From: Picochlorum sp. SENEW3
Taxonomy: Eukaryota
Assembly (NCBI GenBank): GCA_034226945.1
Contig: CP120453.1
Span: 1,364,001-1,428,000 of the forward strand
DNA length: 64,000 bases
Direction: 5' to 3'
Shown here: positions 34,464 through 44,832 of the stretch, one piece after another
Position numbering within the stretch: position 1 is the first letter of the stretch
Layout of the letters: each line of letters opens with the position of its first letter
Notes under the pieces: generated by a model
Told to the model about the DNA's origin: nothing
Database searches by the model: none
Seen by the model: only the letters and a program-made list of their open reading frames with translations
Translations under genes and position numbers: made by a program

Positions 34464-35756
34464 ATGCGTGAGGATAAAAGAGTGCCTGTGGGGGTACTGA
34501 GAGGACATGAAGCGGATCCGCAGTGCGGGGCATTGCATGATTCTCAACAGCACGGTCTCGTTTTGATTTCTGGGTGGGTTATTGGCGCCATATCGACCAA
34601 TAGTCACATCTATGTATGCGTTTATTAACATATAGATATAATACATTGCTGTAGGGATGCGGGGGGCACTGTGTGTGTTTGGAGTTGCACATCCTTTCGC
34701 TGCCTGTGGTCTCAGAGGTGCGTTAGTGTAGATGGGACTGCCTTTTGCAGTATGGGCGTTTTTCTCAAATTACTCCCGGTACAGGCTCACCATCATCCGG
34801 ATATCATGTACATCTGTGTATCGAATGAAGAATCTTGACCTGTCTCTCTCAGCTCTTTTTCTTATGTTGTGGATTGCAGAGTTCATGATGTTGGGGCAGG
34901 TGTGATTCAGGTGGTTGTAGTACCAAAAGAGACATCCAGGTCGGACAATGTAGAGAATGGGCCATGTTGTGCTTCAACACATAGTGATGTCATGGTGACT
35001 CAGAGCAGAGCAGGGCATGTGTATGTGTGGAGAATTGTGTGGGAAGAGAAGAGGTTTGAGTGTCTTGAGAGATTCTCTGAGAATAGTGTGTTTAGTTTCA
35101 CCAAATGCAGTGTTCTCAAGCGAAGCATGCATTCGTTACATACACTCATGGCATGTATCGGTGTTCAAGAATCTATTGTGGTGGTGCGATGTGCAATGTG
35201 CAGCCATATAGAGTGTACATTTGATGCCAGAACACTGGCAGGAACAAACCATGGCATGTGCACAGCCGTGGCAGCACATCATGATGCATTGTCAGGTGAC
35301 GTGGTTGTCTTTGCTGGGTATGAGGATGGGAGTCTATTATTGTGGACAACGTCATCCCCAAAATGTCCGACATACGTACTGGATAAGATTCACAAGAGCC
35401 CAATTTTGTCAATCAGCACCATGCCATGCTTGCACCGTGGTGTGACAGGATCAGCAGAGGATAGTGTGCTGCAACTGTTCACGTTTGGCGACGAGGGGAT
35501 TTCTATCGAAAAATCTCTTCCCATAAAAGACTCTGGGGTGGATCACGTGGTTTTTCGAGGGGATGGAAAATACATTGCTGCTGCATGCTGGGATGGGAGA
35601 GTCCGCATCTTTCATACATCTCGGGGGAAACTGGTTGATATATTTAAGTATCATTCTAGTGGTGCAACATTCGTATGTTTTAGTGATTCAACACATCCTT
35701 GTATCATATGCGTTGGATCAAGAGATGGGACAATCTCGATATGGAGCATACCATAA
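34464..35756 (+). CDS. WD40 protein of the GNB1L/ASA1/DSE1 family; exons 34464..34573, 34655..34717 and 34880..35756
   Basis: Spliced N-terminus PVGVLRGH...LISGDAGGTVCVW; GMC, AGYEDG, R.DGK..A.A.WDGRVR and GSRD..ISIW motifs. Confidence 0.8.
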
Positions 35757-35917
35757 GGCAAGGAGTGCTTACAGTCCGATCAGGCATGCATGGTCTTCAT
35801 GCACGCAGACAGGTGCTGCATGGGAATCGTCCCGGGATTGAATCCAAACTGATACATATCTTGTTGCATAGCCATTTTTGTTTTGTTTCAAATTTAATTA
35901 TTTATATGAATAGAAAT

Positions 35918-38452
35918 ATGAGTCTGTCGACGCATCAGCATGCCGAGAGGGAGGCTGTGCTTTCACATTCCAGAGCGCTGCTGGAATCACTTCTTCCATC
36001 CGAGGCGACGATGGATCTGTGCGCAGATATAGAATTCGCAACAGATGATACTTTTAATAGTGAAAACGAATGCCATACGACAAAGGATAGGGATTCTTTG
36101 CGTGTATGGAGGCTTCTTGGGGAAGCTCTCTCGGGGTCTCCGACAGGACGCTTGCCGCCCGTAGATCTACCGAAACCTTTTCAGGGAATAGAAAAGCCGT
36201 ATTCTATGATTAAAGAGTGTATGGATCAGATTGACGACGTGAAAGGGAGAAATGGAGGTTTCTTGTCCGACGCGGTCCGCCAGACAATAGATTGGTCCCT
36301 GTCGACTTGTGATCCAACATTACGGAGTGCGGATGTGGTTGGTATATGCGACAATATCAAGAAAAAGCATACGATGGAGAAGATGGACGTTATGAGAAAA
36401 GAGTATTTTCTTTCAGGCTGGGATTATGATATTGAGAATGTGGTGGAGATGGCGCTGCATCTCACAGAGACTGCTCATGAAGAGGAGGAAGAAGATCCCA
36501 CGCCCGGCAAGAGGAGTACTCCAAACGATTCACCGAGAGAACATGGGATTAGCACAAGTCGAAAGCTTGTTTTAGATCAAATGGTACAATGTGTGGAGAA
36601 GAAGTCCTCACATGGAGGGTGCTTGGAGCAGAATTCGTCATCCATTGAGCTGCTTGCATTTCCTGAAAATCAGTCAGGGTCGACAGAAGAATTACTCTTT
36701 CAGTTACCAATACAGTGGGTAGAGATGATGCGCCAGTGTTTGAGTGTCCTTGCATCAGGTATACAGTGGGATAGGCTGCTGGAGCAGGAAAAGTCTCGGT
36801 TGAGCCATGTCAGTTTCTCTGATCCTGAAGCAGCTGCTCAAGTTTTGCATGAGCTTTGTCAGCGCGGCGTTTGTGACAGCAGACTGCTGGATGAGTGTGT
36901 TTTGTTCTGTCGAACAATGATACATAAAGGTTTGAAGGCTGTGATGAAATTGAGGGCTCAGTTTGAGGAACTTGGTGGGTTTGTACGAGGCATTTCTGAA
37001 GGCTGTCAGGAGGCTGTGCATCCCAAAGTCCAGGTGTTGAGGAATACCGTCATCACGTTTTCTACGCTCATGCCGGTACGAGAAATTTGGCTTGATATGT
37101 ATATTTATCTGTGGTTTGCTTGGATGATGCTCATCTCATGTCGATGCGTGTAGAATACGAGGCAATTGATTCTTTGTGACAAAGGAGATTGGTCAGATCT
37201 GTTCGAGTGTCTTCAAAACATGCGGATCTCAATCTTTCAACTGAGTTTTCCGCATCATTTAAGTTTGATAGATTCTGATGATTCGAGAGAAATCCTGATG
37301 GATTATGATTGTTTCTTTATTACGGCCAAGGATGCTGATATGGTGTATCAGAGACTGGCAGCAAAAGGCAATGAGTTTTTCAAGCATTTCCAAAGAGTTA
37401 TTCTCTTCGACTCGGATCCCATGGTGATTGAACCTATCCAAGAAGTGCTCGAGATGATGTGCAAAAGCGGTCTGTTCTTTTGTCGTATGAAGCCTGACCT
37501 GTCGGATGTGTTGATACGCTTGGAAGGGCCCAGTGCTGGGAGTGTCAAAGAAGATGCCATGCTCCCTGATCTGTTTTGTGTGTCTCATGTGGCACCCCAA
37601 GCTAATGATTTTCATAGGAGTAATAATTGGATGCAAGATCAGGAGCGAGAAGAAGCACATCAAGAACAAGATGATGTCTGCTATCCCAATGGTCATATCT
37701 CACCATTCAGACAAGGCTGTCTGCCATATGGAAATCTGTTTGAGGAGCAACAGGGGGTATCGCATCCATATCAAAAAAGTCCAGAATCAAATTACAGCAT
37801 GGAAATTAAAGAGAATAAGAGTCCTCTACTGTTCCAAGATCATTTACCAGGACACATGTGTCAGAGAACAGAAAACCTCTTTGACAAACATTCGTCTAGT
37901 TTATTATCGCTTGAAGCTCCCTGTGCCATTGATAGACAAAGTGGCATCATAAGAGAGGGACCATGTATTGATGCACTTCATCAACATGTGCATCAGATGC
38001 CTCCACCAAGTTATGCTGTCCACGATGATGTGCAAAACCTGTTTGAAGAGCCATTTCCTTCACAACCCAGCAAGCTCAGCCCCCTGACTGCCAGATATGG
38101 CACATATTACGCTGAGAGCACCCCACAAGGACAGGAAATGCTTTTCAACACGATTCCAAGCTACACACGTCCAGTTTTTGAGTGCTCTCCGTATGCAAGA
38201 GCCGTACATCAACAGCCCTTGCAAAGCCAGCAGCCCACCTACCTGCATCATGCCAGTCCTTCCCCAAGCCATTTGCACAGTGTGCCCCAATTCATGACTC
38301 CGCGTCATCAAGTCACACCAACATCCTTCTGGCCACCAGTCATGGATCCCATGAACGGTCTCAAACATGTCGAGAGGCTGTATGAAGAGATGAGAAGGCC
38401 CAAGACCAGGAGAAGGCTTCAAAAGGGAGAGAAATTCAGAAAGTTAAAATAG
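35918..38452 (+). CDS. About 820-aa protein with a possible degenerate SHOC1/XPF-type helicase-like region and a Q/P-rich C-terminus; exons 35918..37075 and 37154..38452
   Basis: Intron 37076..37153 (GTACGA...TGTAG) joins two long ORFs in phase 0. The family call is weak. Confidence 0.6.
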
Positions 38453-38470
38453 CGCTCCTCCATCAAACTA

Positions 38471-39964
38471 TCATGCATCTTTTCTATGTAACACAGCTAC
38501 ACATTCGACATGCATCGTCTGGGGAAACAAATCAAAAGGCCTCACAGATTCCAACCAGTACCCATTGTTCAAAAACTCCCTGACATCTCGAGCCTGAGTA
38601 GCTGCATTACAGCTCACATACACTAGTTTTTTCGGCATGCATTTCAAAAGCCCTTTGATAGCTCTTTTTGACAGACCTGCCCGTGCTGGGTCCACAACAA
38701 CAATGTCTGGTTGCCTGCCATGTGTGAGCTGAGATATATGGCCCACATCTCCTTGTACAAATTCTACATTGTCCACGCCGTTCAACGCCGCATTATAACG
38801 AGCGTCTGCAACAGACGATTCAGATATTTCTATTCCATACACTGACTTAGCGTTCGATGCCAGAAACAATGACATGCTCCCTGCTCCTGAGTAGAGATCA
38901 AACACGACATCATCAGAGGAAATTTGTGCCTGCTCCACAACATACTCGTACAACCTTTCCGCTTGCTTTGTGTTCGTTTGAAAAAACGAGTTTGGAGATA
39001 TCCTATAAGTAAAGCATGATAACTTCTCCAACAGATCCCCCTCTCCCCAAAGAACATGCTCAGTTTCCACCTTCCGCTCCTCCAGTAGCGCACCGTCTTG
39101 TGAGACACTGTTCACAATTCCTCTCAACGTATCAGCATGTCTTTCCGAAACATACTCCACTAAACGACTCAAATTATTACGTGCATCATCCTTCGTAACA
39201 ATATTCACCAAGCATTGCTGAAATGCATTGCTAAATCTAATGACAATATGTTGTACTGTGGAGATGACGGCATCTTCTTCCAATACTACGGCGCAAATAT
39301 CTCGATACAATCGGTTCGCTGCATTCGTTTGCAAAACACATTCTGATATATGTACCAGGGCATCCGCAGATCCTCGCACATGCTTACCAATGACCTTGGC
39401 ATGCGAATCAACACTGAATTCAACCTTGTTCCTGTAGTGAAATTCATCATCACAGCCCACAATATCTCTAAAAATACCTTTTTCTCCAAGTGACTTCACA
39501 CCTCCGATTCTCTTGAAGGCATTGAATACAGAGCTCTGTTTCAAGTCAAGCTGATGAGGAGAATATGTAAGATTTTGCAAAGAGCAACCACCACACTCAT
39601 GTGCATAATTGCAATATGCCATTCTACTCCCATCATGGCTCTTCAAAGTCTCCAGTTTCACCCCATGTGCAAACGACTGCTTCCCTGATTTTTCTATCCG
39701 AGCTCTCAAGATCTCACCGGGCAGCGAGTCTGGCACAAAAACAACAAGACCAGTCTCCTTGTCTTTGCAAACACCAGAACCTTGACTGCTCACATCAACA
39801 CAGGTGAGCACTCTGGCCTCTCCATCTGCAACATCTAACCCCTTGCCTTTTACCACCAAAGAAGAGCATCTCCTAGGATTAACGGAATATGGCAAACGGG
39901 TTTTCGGTCCTGAAAGCCAAAGCTGTGAAGCAGTTCGCAACGACATGCACGTGTTATAGCGCAT
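38471..39964 (-). CDS. RNA (uracil-5)-methyltransferase, RlmD/RumA (TrmA) family, probably organelle-targeted
   Basis: TRAM domain, CxxxxxCGGC Fe-S motif, YRNK, SFFQTN, DLYSGAG, DPARAG, YVSCN..TQARD and DLFPQT.HVE motifs. Confidence 0.93.
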   Translation of the reverse strand: MRYNTCMSLRTASQLWLSGPKTRLPYSVNPRRCSSLVVKGKGLDVADGEARVLTCVDVSSQGSGVCKDKETGLVVFVPDSLPGEILRARIEKSGKQSFAHGVKLETLKSHDGSRMAYCNYAHECGGCSLQNLTYSPHQLDLKQSSVFNAFKRIGGVKSLGEKGIFRDIVGCDDEFHYRNKVEFSVDSHAKVIGKHVRGSADALVHISECVLQTNAANRLYRDICAVVLEEDAVISTVQHIVIRFSNAFQQCLVNIVTKDDARNNLSRLVEYVSERHADTLRGIVNSVSQDGALLEERKVETEHVLWGEGDLLEKLSCFTYRISPNSFFQTNTKQAERLYEYVVEQAQISSDDVVFDLYSGAGSMSLFLASNAKSVYGIEISESSVADARYNAALNGVDNVEFVQGDVGHISQLTHGRQPDIVVVDPARAGLSKRAIKGLLKCMPKKLVYVSCNAATQARDVREFLNNGYWLESVRPFDLFPQTMHVECVAVLHRKDA

Positions 39965-40210
39965 ACATCGAGGTCTAAAGGAATCTGATGTATACTAAAG
40001 TAGTCATAACGAATAGACAGAGTCATCAGATGGGGATTCTACGCAAAGACGCCAAGCTATATTTAAATGCACCAGCACGGAATAAAATATTGGAATGGAG
40101 GAATCCTTAACAGCAAGAACCACCGCCGCCTACAGCGTATCCAAATATTCCTCGAAACGTGGTAGAGACTTCAAAATCTGGTGGAATTTGGCAAAGCCCC
40201 TATCATTGTG

Positions 40211-41337
40211 ATGGATATTGCTGCAACCCTGCCCAAGTCAGGTTCAACGACTTGGGCTGACGAGGTTGAAGCTGAAGAAGCCGAGTTCGGACAAGGTATG
40301 ATTTTGATTGATCTTTGTCATGGTTGCATGCATTCGACATTGCACCTGGCGGGTATTCGTCTGCGTCGCCAGACATTGCAACGAGGCGCAATGTCGATTG
40401 CATGGGGCAATGGCACACTCCATCGTGTATTATACTCGTGAATAAGTTTTATGATCATCGTGAATGACGATCGCGCGAAGTCTGCGCTCCCTGGTTGTGT
40501 TCAAACGACTGAAGAGGTTCTTGTACTGCAGCTCCTCTTCCCATTGATAGCGCGATACATCATGATAGATACGAGCCAGTGTCACCAATATATGGTAGAA
40601 CTACAAAGTCAGCTCCAGCTCCAAAGAAACGGACGAAAATTCCTGATAAACCACCCTATAGGGCTTTCATTGGCAATGTGGCATATGATCTGACTGAAGA
40701 TGCTGTTGAAGAGTTTCTTGATCATAAGAGGGTTGTGGAGATTCTGATTACGCGGTACAGGGATACTGGGAAGGCAAAAGGATGCTATATTGAGTTTCAG
40801 AATGTTGATGATCTGAAGGCGGTGTTGGACAAGGATGGCCAGACACTTGCTGGGAGGGATGCCCATGTTCAAGTTGCTCAGCCACGAGACAAGAAGCCGG
40901 ATGCAAGGAGGCGGCAACCAAGAAGAAATGAGAAAGGAAGAAAAGATGCAGCATCAAGGGGTGGTGCTTGGGAGCCTCCGATGCCGACGGAAGAGAGTTT
41001 GAAGGCAAGGCCTGTGTTGAAACTTAAACCAAGGAGCCAAAAGATCCAAAATGATGATGTGGTAGTCAATGGCGATTCATCACGGGCTAATCCTTTTGGT
41101 GGAGCAAGGCCAGCTGATACAGCTTCCAAGCTTGCAGAACTTGAGATACGGGATAAGGTAAAATCAGAGCCAGCAGAGAGCAAGGATGGTGAGAGGAACA
41201 CAGAACCCAGAGAGAAGAGTAGAAGTAAAGATTCAAGGAAAAGAGTAGAGCCTAAAGGGCCAGAATACTTTAAAGAGGCGACTGTATTAACAAAGATTGA
41301 CAATCCATTTGACCTGCTTGCTGAGGATGATGCGTAA
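40211..41337 (+). CDS. Translation initiation factor eIF4B/eIF4H-like RRM protein; exons 40211..40295 and 40532..41337
   Basis: WADE motif, PPYRAFIGN (RNP2), KGCYIEF (RNP1), RP.LKLKPRS and NPFGGARP.DT; intron 40296..40531 in phase. Confidence 0.85.
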
Positions 41338-41351
41338 TACAAATGATACTT

Positions 41352-43835
41352 TTATGCACTAGGTTTGAGTGGTGTGTCGAGCATGCCTTGGCATTTTAAA
41401 AGGAATGCAAATTCTGTTGCAGTTTCAACAAGCCTATCAAATCTTCCACTTTTAGAAAAGTGTCCAGCACCCATGTCCATTTTCAGTAAAATTAGACTCT
41501 GATTGCTTGCTTTTCTCCTCAGGTTTGCTACAAGTTTGGCAGGTTCCCAATATCCAACACGTGGATCATGCAATCCGCCAGTGACTAGCATATTTGGATA
41601 CTTTTTTCCCTCGACAATATTGTCCATTGGTGAGTAGGACTTCATGTATTGGTAATACTCCTTATCCTTGGGATTGCCCCATTCTTCAAACTCAATTGTT
41701 GTCAATGGAATAGTTTCATCAAGCATTGTTGTAAGTACATCCACAAATGGTACACCGGCAATGGCAGTGCTAAAATGAGGGCCTTTGGATGATTTGATTG
41801 ATTCGTTTATTGAAGCACCCATGGTGAGCCCACCAGCAGAACGACCTTGAATGCAGAGCTTTTCTGGGCTGGTGTACTTGTTCTCTGCAAGATATTCAGC
41901 ACATGCCAGAAAGTCTGTAAATGTGTTTCTCTTCTTCAAAAACTTTCCATCAAGATACCATGTGCGGCCCATCTCACCTCCGCCTCGAACATGTGCAATG
42001 CCAAAAATGAATCCTCTGTCCAACAGCGACAAACGAGATGATCTGAAGTCGGCATCATTGCAAATTTCATACGATCCATATGCATCCAGGAGCATTGGAT
42101 CTGATCCATCCAACTTGACCAAATCCTTTCGGTACACCAGAGAAATTGGAACTTGTACCCCATCTGGAGCAGTTGCATGTACTCTCTCACTTTTGTACAG
42201 CGACGAGTCAAATCCGCCGAGAACAGGGGCTACCTTCCTCACCTTCTTCTCTCCACGTGTCATGTGGTAATCTACAATTGTCGTCGGGGTTGTGAACGAG
42301 GTATAGACATAGCGAAGCCATGGAGAGTCAAAGTCTCCTTGGGCACCATCGTGGAGCTCATACGTGGGTTCATCAAATTCTATTGCTTTGCCAGCCTTGC
42401 GGTCAAAGCTTTTCGGGTTGATAGCCTCCTGCTTTCCCAGACTGTATACAATAGACTGCTGAAGACCACCACTCCTCTGGAAAACAGCCATGTACTCAGC
42501 AGATACTTCGATATTTTCAATTTTCACCTTGTCATCATGAGGAATCAAAACTTGGTATGCTTCTGGATTCTCCACAGGTGCAACCAGTATCTCAGAGTTG
42601 AATTTCTTCACATCCCGCCTCGTAATGATGAATTGATCTCCTCTATCATCAACACTATACTCAACATCACTCTGTCGAGGAAGAATCTCTTTAAATGCAT
42701 CTTCAGGCCGATCTGCTTTGATAAACCTCACATCACTTGTGATTGCAGAGCCTGCATGAATATAAATGTATTTCTCTGATCTCGACAAGCCAATACCCAA
42801 GTAAAATGCATCATCCTTCTCATGATATACCATCTCATCCTCCGATGGCTTTGTTCCAATTTTGTGCTTCCATACTTGATACGGTCTATCCAGGTGATCC
42901 TTCTTGGTGTAAAAGATTGTCGCGTTGTCAGTGGACCAAGCAAATGACCCATCTGTGTCTGGAATTGGCTCTGTCAGTATATTCTTTCCTGTCTTTAAAT
43001 CTCGCACGTAGAGAGTAAACTTTTCATTTCCAGTCGTATCGAGACCAAACGCAACGCGTTCTCCATTGGGTGATACATCAAATCCCCCCACCATGTAAAA
43101 TTCAAACCCTCTTGACTCCTTGTTCTCATCAAGCAAAATCTCTTCCGGAGCAGGATTCTCTTCAATAGAAACCATGGTATCACCAGGAGCACACTTTTTC
43201 CTGCAATGTACAGCATACTGCTCGCCCTCCTCAGTGCGTGTGTAGTACATGTATCCTCCCAAAACAAGAGGTGCAGAAACATCTGCTTCCTGTATCCTTC
43301 CTCGAATTTCCTTGTACAATCGCTTTTGCAACTCCTCCGTGTCTGCCAAAACAGATTTCGTGTACTCATTCTCAGCCTTCAGGTAGTCCAGGACCATCGG
43401 ATTTTTGCGATCATCGTCTCGGAAGTAATAGAAGGGGTCTTGTCTTACATCTCCCTGTTCCTCAATCTCGTGCTGGATTTCCTTTGCAACCGGCGGGGTC
43501 AGCAATTCCAAACGCATCTTCTCCATCTCATCTGCACTTCCACTGTCTTCTTTGGAAGCCATCGCAATGAGAGAGCGCTTCAAGCCATCTTTCACGCCAG
43601 GCGAAGGCCAACCACGAAGAAGAGGTGATTTCGCCTTTGCCAAAGCTCTGATGGTGCTCAAATGCATTTTCGACCCATTAAATAATTTCAAATTACCATT
43701 CATAATTCTGTTTAGATGCCAATGATCCCAAAAGACCTTGAAGATGCAGACTCCTGCAGCAGCCAGTGCCCCTCCTAGAACAGCCCTTTGTGTCGTCTTT
43801 CCTTTCGGATGTTCCGTTTCTTCCCCTGTTGCCAT
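41352..43835 (-). CDS. Oligopeptidase B (protease II, peptidase S9A)
   Basis: D.FYY.RDD, YGSYE, HVRGGGEMG..WY, GRSAGG, DPRV.YWEPAK and AGH motifs. Confidence 0.95.
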   Translation of the reverse strand: MATGEETEHPKGKTTQRAVLGGALAAAGVCIFKVFWDHWHLNRIMNGNLKLFNGSKMHLSTIRALAKAKSPLLRGWPSPGVKDGLKRSLIAMASKEDSGSADEMEKMRLELLTPPVAKEIQHEIEEQGDVRQDPFYYFRDDDRKNPMVLDYLKAENEYTKSVLADTEELQKRLYKEIRGRIQEADVSAPLVLGGYMYYTRTEEGEQYAVHCRKKCAPGDTMVSIEENPAPEEILLDENKESRGFEFYMVGGFDVSPNGERVAFGLDTTGNEKFTLYVRDLKTGKNILTEPIPDTDGSFAWSTDNATIFYTKKDHLDRPYQVWKHKIGTKPSEDEMVYHEKDDAFYLGIGLSRSEKYIYIHAGSAITSDVRFIKADRPEDAFKEILPRQSDVEYSVDDRGDQFIITRRDVKKFNSEILVAPVENPEAYQVLIPHDDKVKIENIEVSAEYMAVFQRSGGLQQSIVYSLGKQEAINPKSFDRKAGKAIEFDEPTYELHDGAQGDFDSPWLRYVYTSFTTPTTIVDYHMTRGEKKVRKVAPVLGGFDSSLYKSERVHATAPDGVQVPISLVYRKDLVKLDGSDPMLLDAYGSYEICNDADFRSSRLSLLDRGFIFGIAHVRGGGEMGRTWYLDGKFLKKRNTFTDFLACAEYLAENKYTSPEKLCIQGRSAGGLTMGASINESIKSSKGPHFSTAIAGVPFVDVLTTMLDETIPLTTIEFEEWGNPKDKEYYQYMKSYSPMDNIVEGKKYPNMLVTGGLHDPRVGYWEPAKLVANLRRKASNQSLILLKMDMGAGHFSKSGRFDRLVETATEFAFLLKCQGMLDTPLKPSA

Positions 43836-44165
43836 AAGAATTGGTATATTGAATTATTTCATGTATCCAATCGCTAGCGATCCTCTGGATTCTACTTGCG
43901 TGTGTTGAAGATCTGTCCTGCCCAAATGTGGGCACTAGTGCCAATGGAAACCCCATTCCAGCTGAAGTTAGTTCCAGGTGGCTCGTCGGCGCATTCGAGG
44001 CATACCAGTGGTCCCCTTGATGCTTTCTAGGATTATCTTGGCTATTCATAGCGTGATGTTTATGTTCTCCAGAAATCATCAAGCATATCGGGAGACGGAA
44101 TGCAACCAAAGTGGCTACAGTGGTTGGGCAGTCTGTGATGATGACATGGTACTCATCTATAGAAA

Positions 44166-44608
44166 AGATGCCGTTTGGGCATCTATCAAATGGATTCTAG
44201 GATTTACAGATTCCAACAAACACAGAAAGCATGGCATCATTGGGAATATTCCTTCGTGTAGTAGACTTGCACAGTATGAATCACTGTCTTTGCTGGCAGC
44301 AGTTGAGATTACCCAACAATGTCCTTGAAGAAAATGCCCACGGCACTGTGTGTACAAGTTGCGACTAGGCCTGAGCAACTCGCAGATCAAGACAACCCTA
44401 TGAGAAAGATGCCGTGAACACGACGGCATCTCGTATACGGCATCAGTTTGGTATGTAGATGCCAAGAAGCATGTCCTATGGACACGTGTTCGTACTTTTC
44501 AGGTGCTCCCATGAATGAAGCAATTCGAAGGGTCACGTCGGTCGTTCCCGCTACGAAGGAATCTAAGTAAAGATTCCTCGGGTCACTCAAAACTAATCCA
44601 GCATATTC
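44166..44608. promoter_or_regulatory. Cluster of eight AGAT[GT]CC motifs (both strands) plus two P1BS-consensus sites upstream of the Pi transporter
   Basis: AGATKCC/GGMATCT at 44166, 44178, 44208, 44407, 44425, 44457, 44558 and 44571; GNATATNC at 44244..44251 and 44601..44608. Confidence 0.65.
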
Positions 44609-44832
44609 TCACCCAAGTCAAATGTTTTGTTTCGTCAGTGTTTTGAGTCCGATATATTGGTGGTTGGCGATCACATTGGGAGGCATTGGTATTCACATCT
44701 TAACACGAGCGTGTAAAAGCACCAGGCACACTATAGAGGCCTACACAGTTCCTGTTGAACCCTACGGTTTCAATCGTACCTACAGATCGCATCATTCGGG
44801 AGGCCTTACGTTGTTGAGTCTCCAATATCAAA

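Noticed and set aside
21055..41337. Apparent clustering of translation and ribosome-biogenesis genes (TSR3, eEF2, RPA43, RlmD, eIF4B)
   Set aside because: They are interspersed with unrelated genes, which is expected by chance in a streamlined, housekeeping-rich genome.
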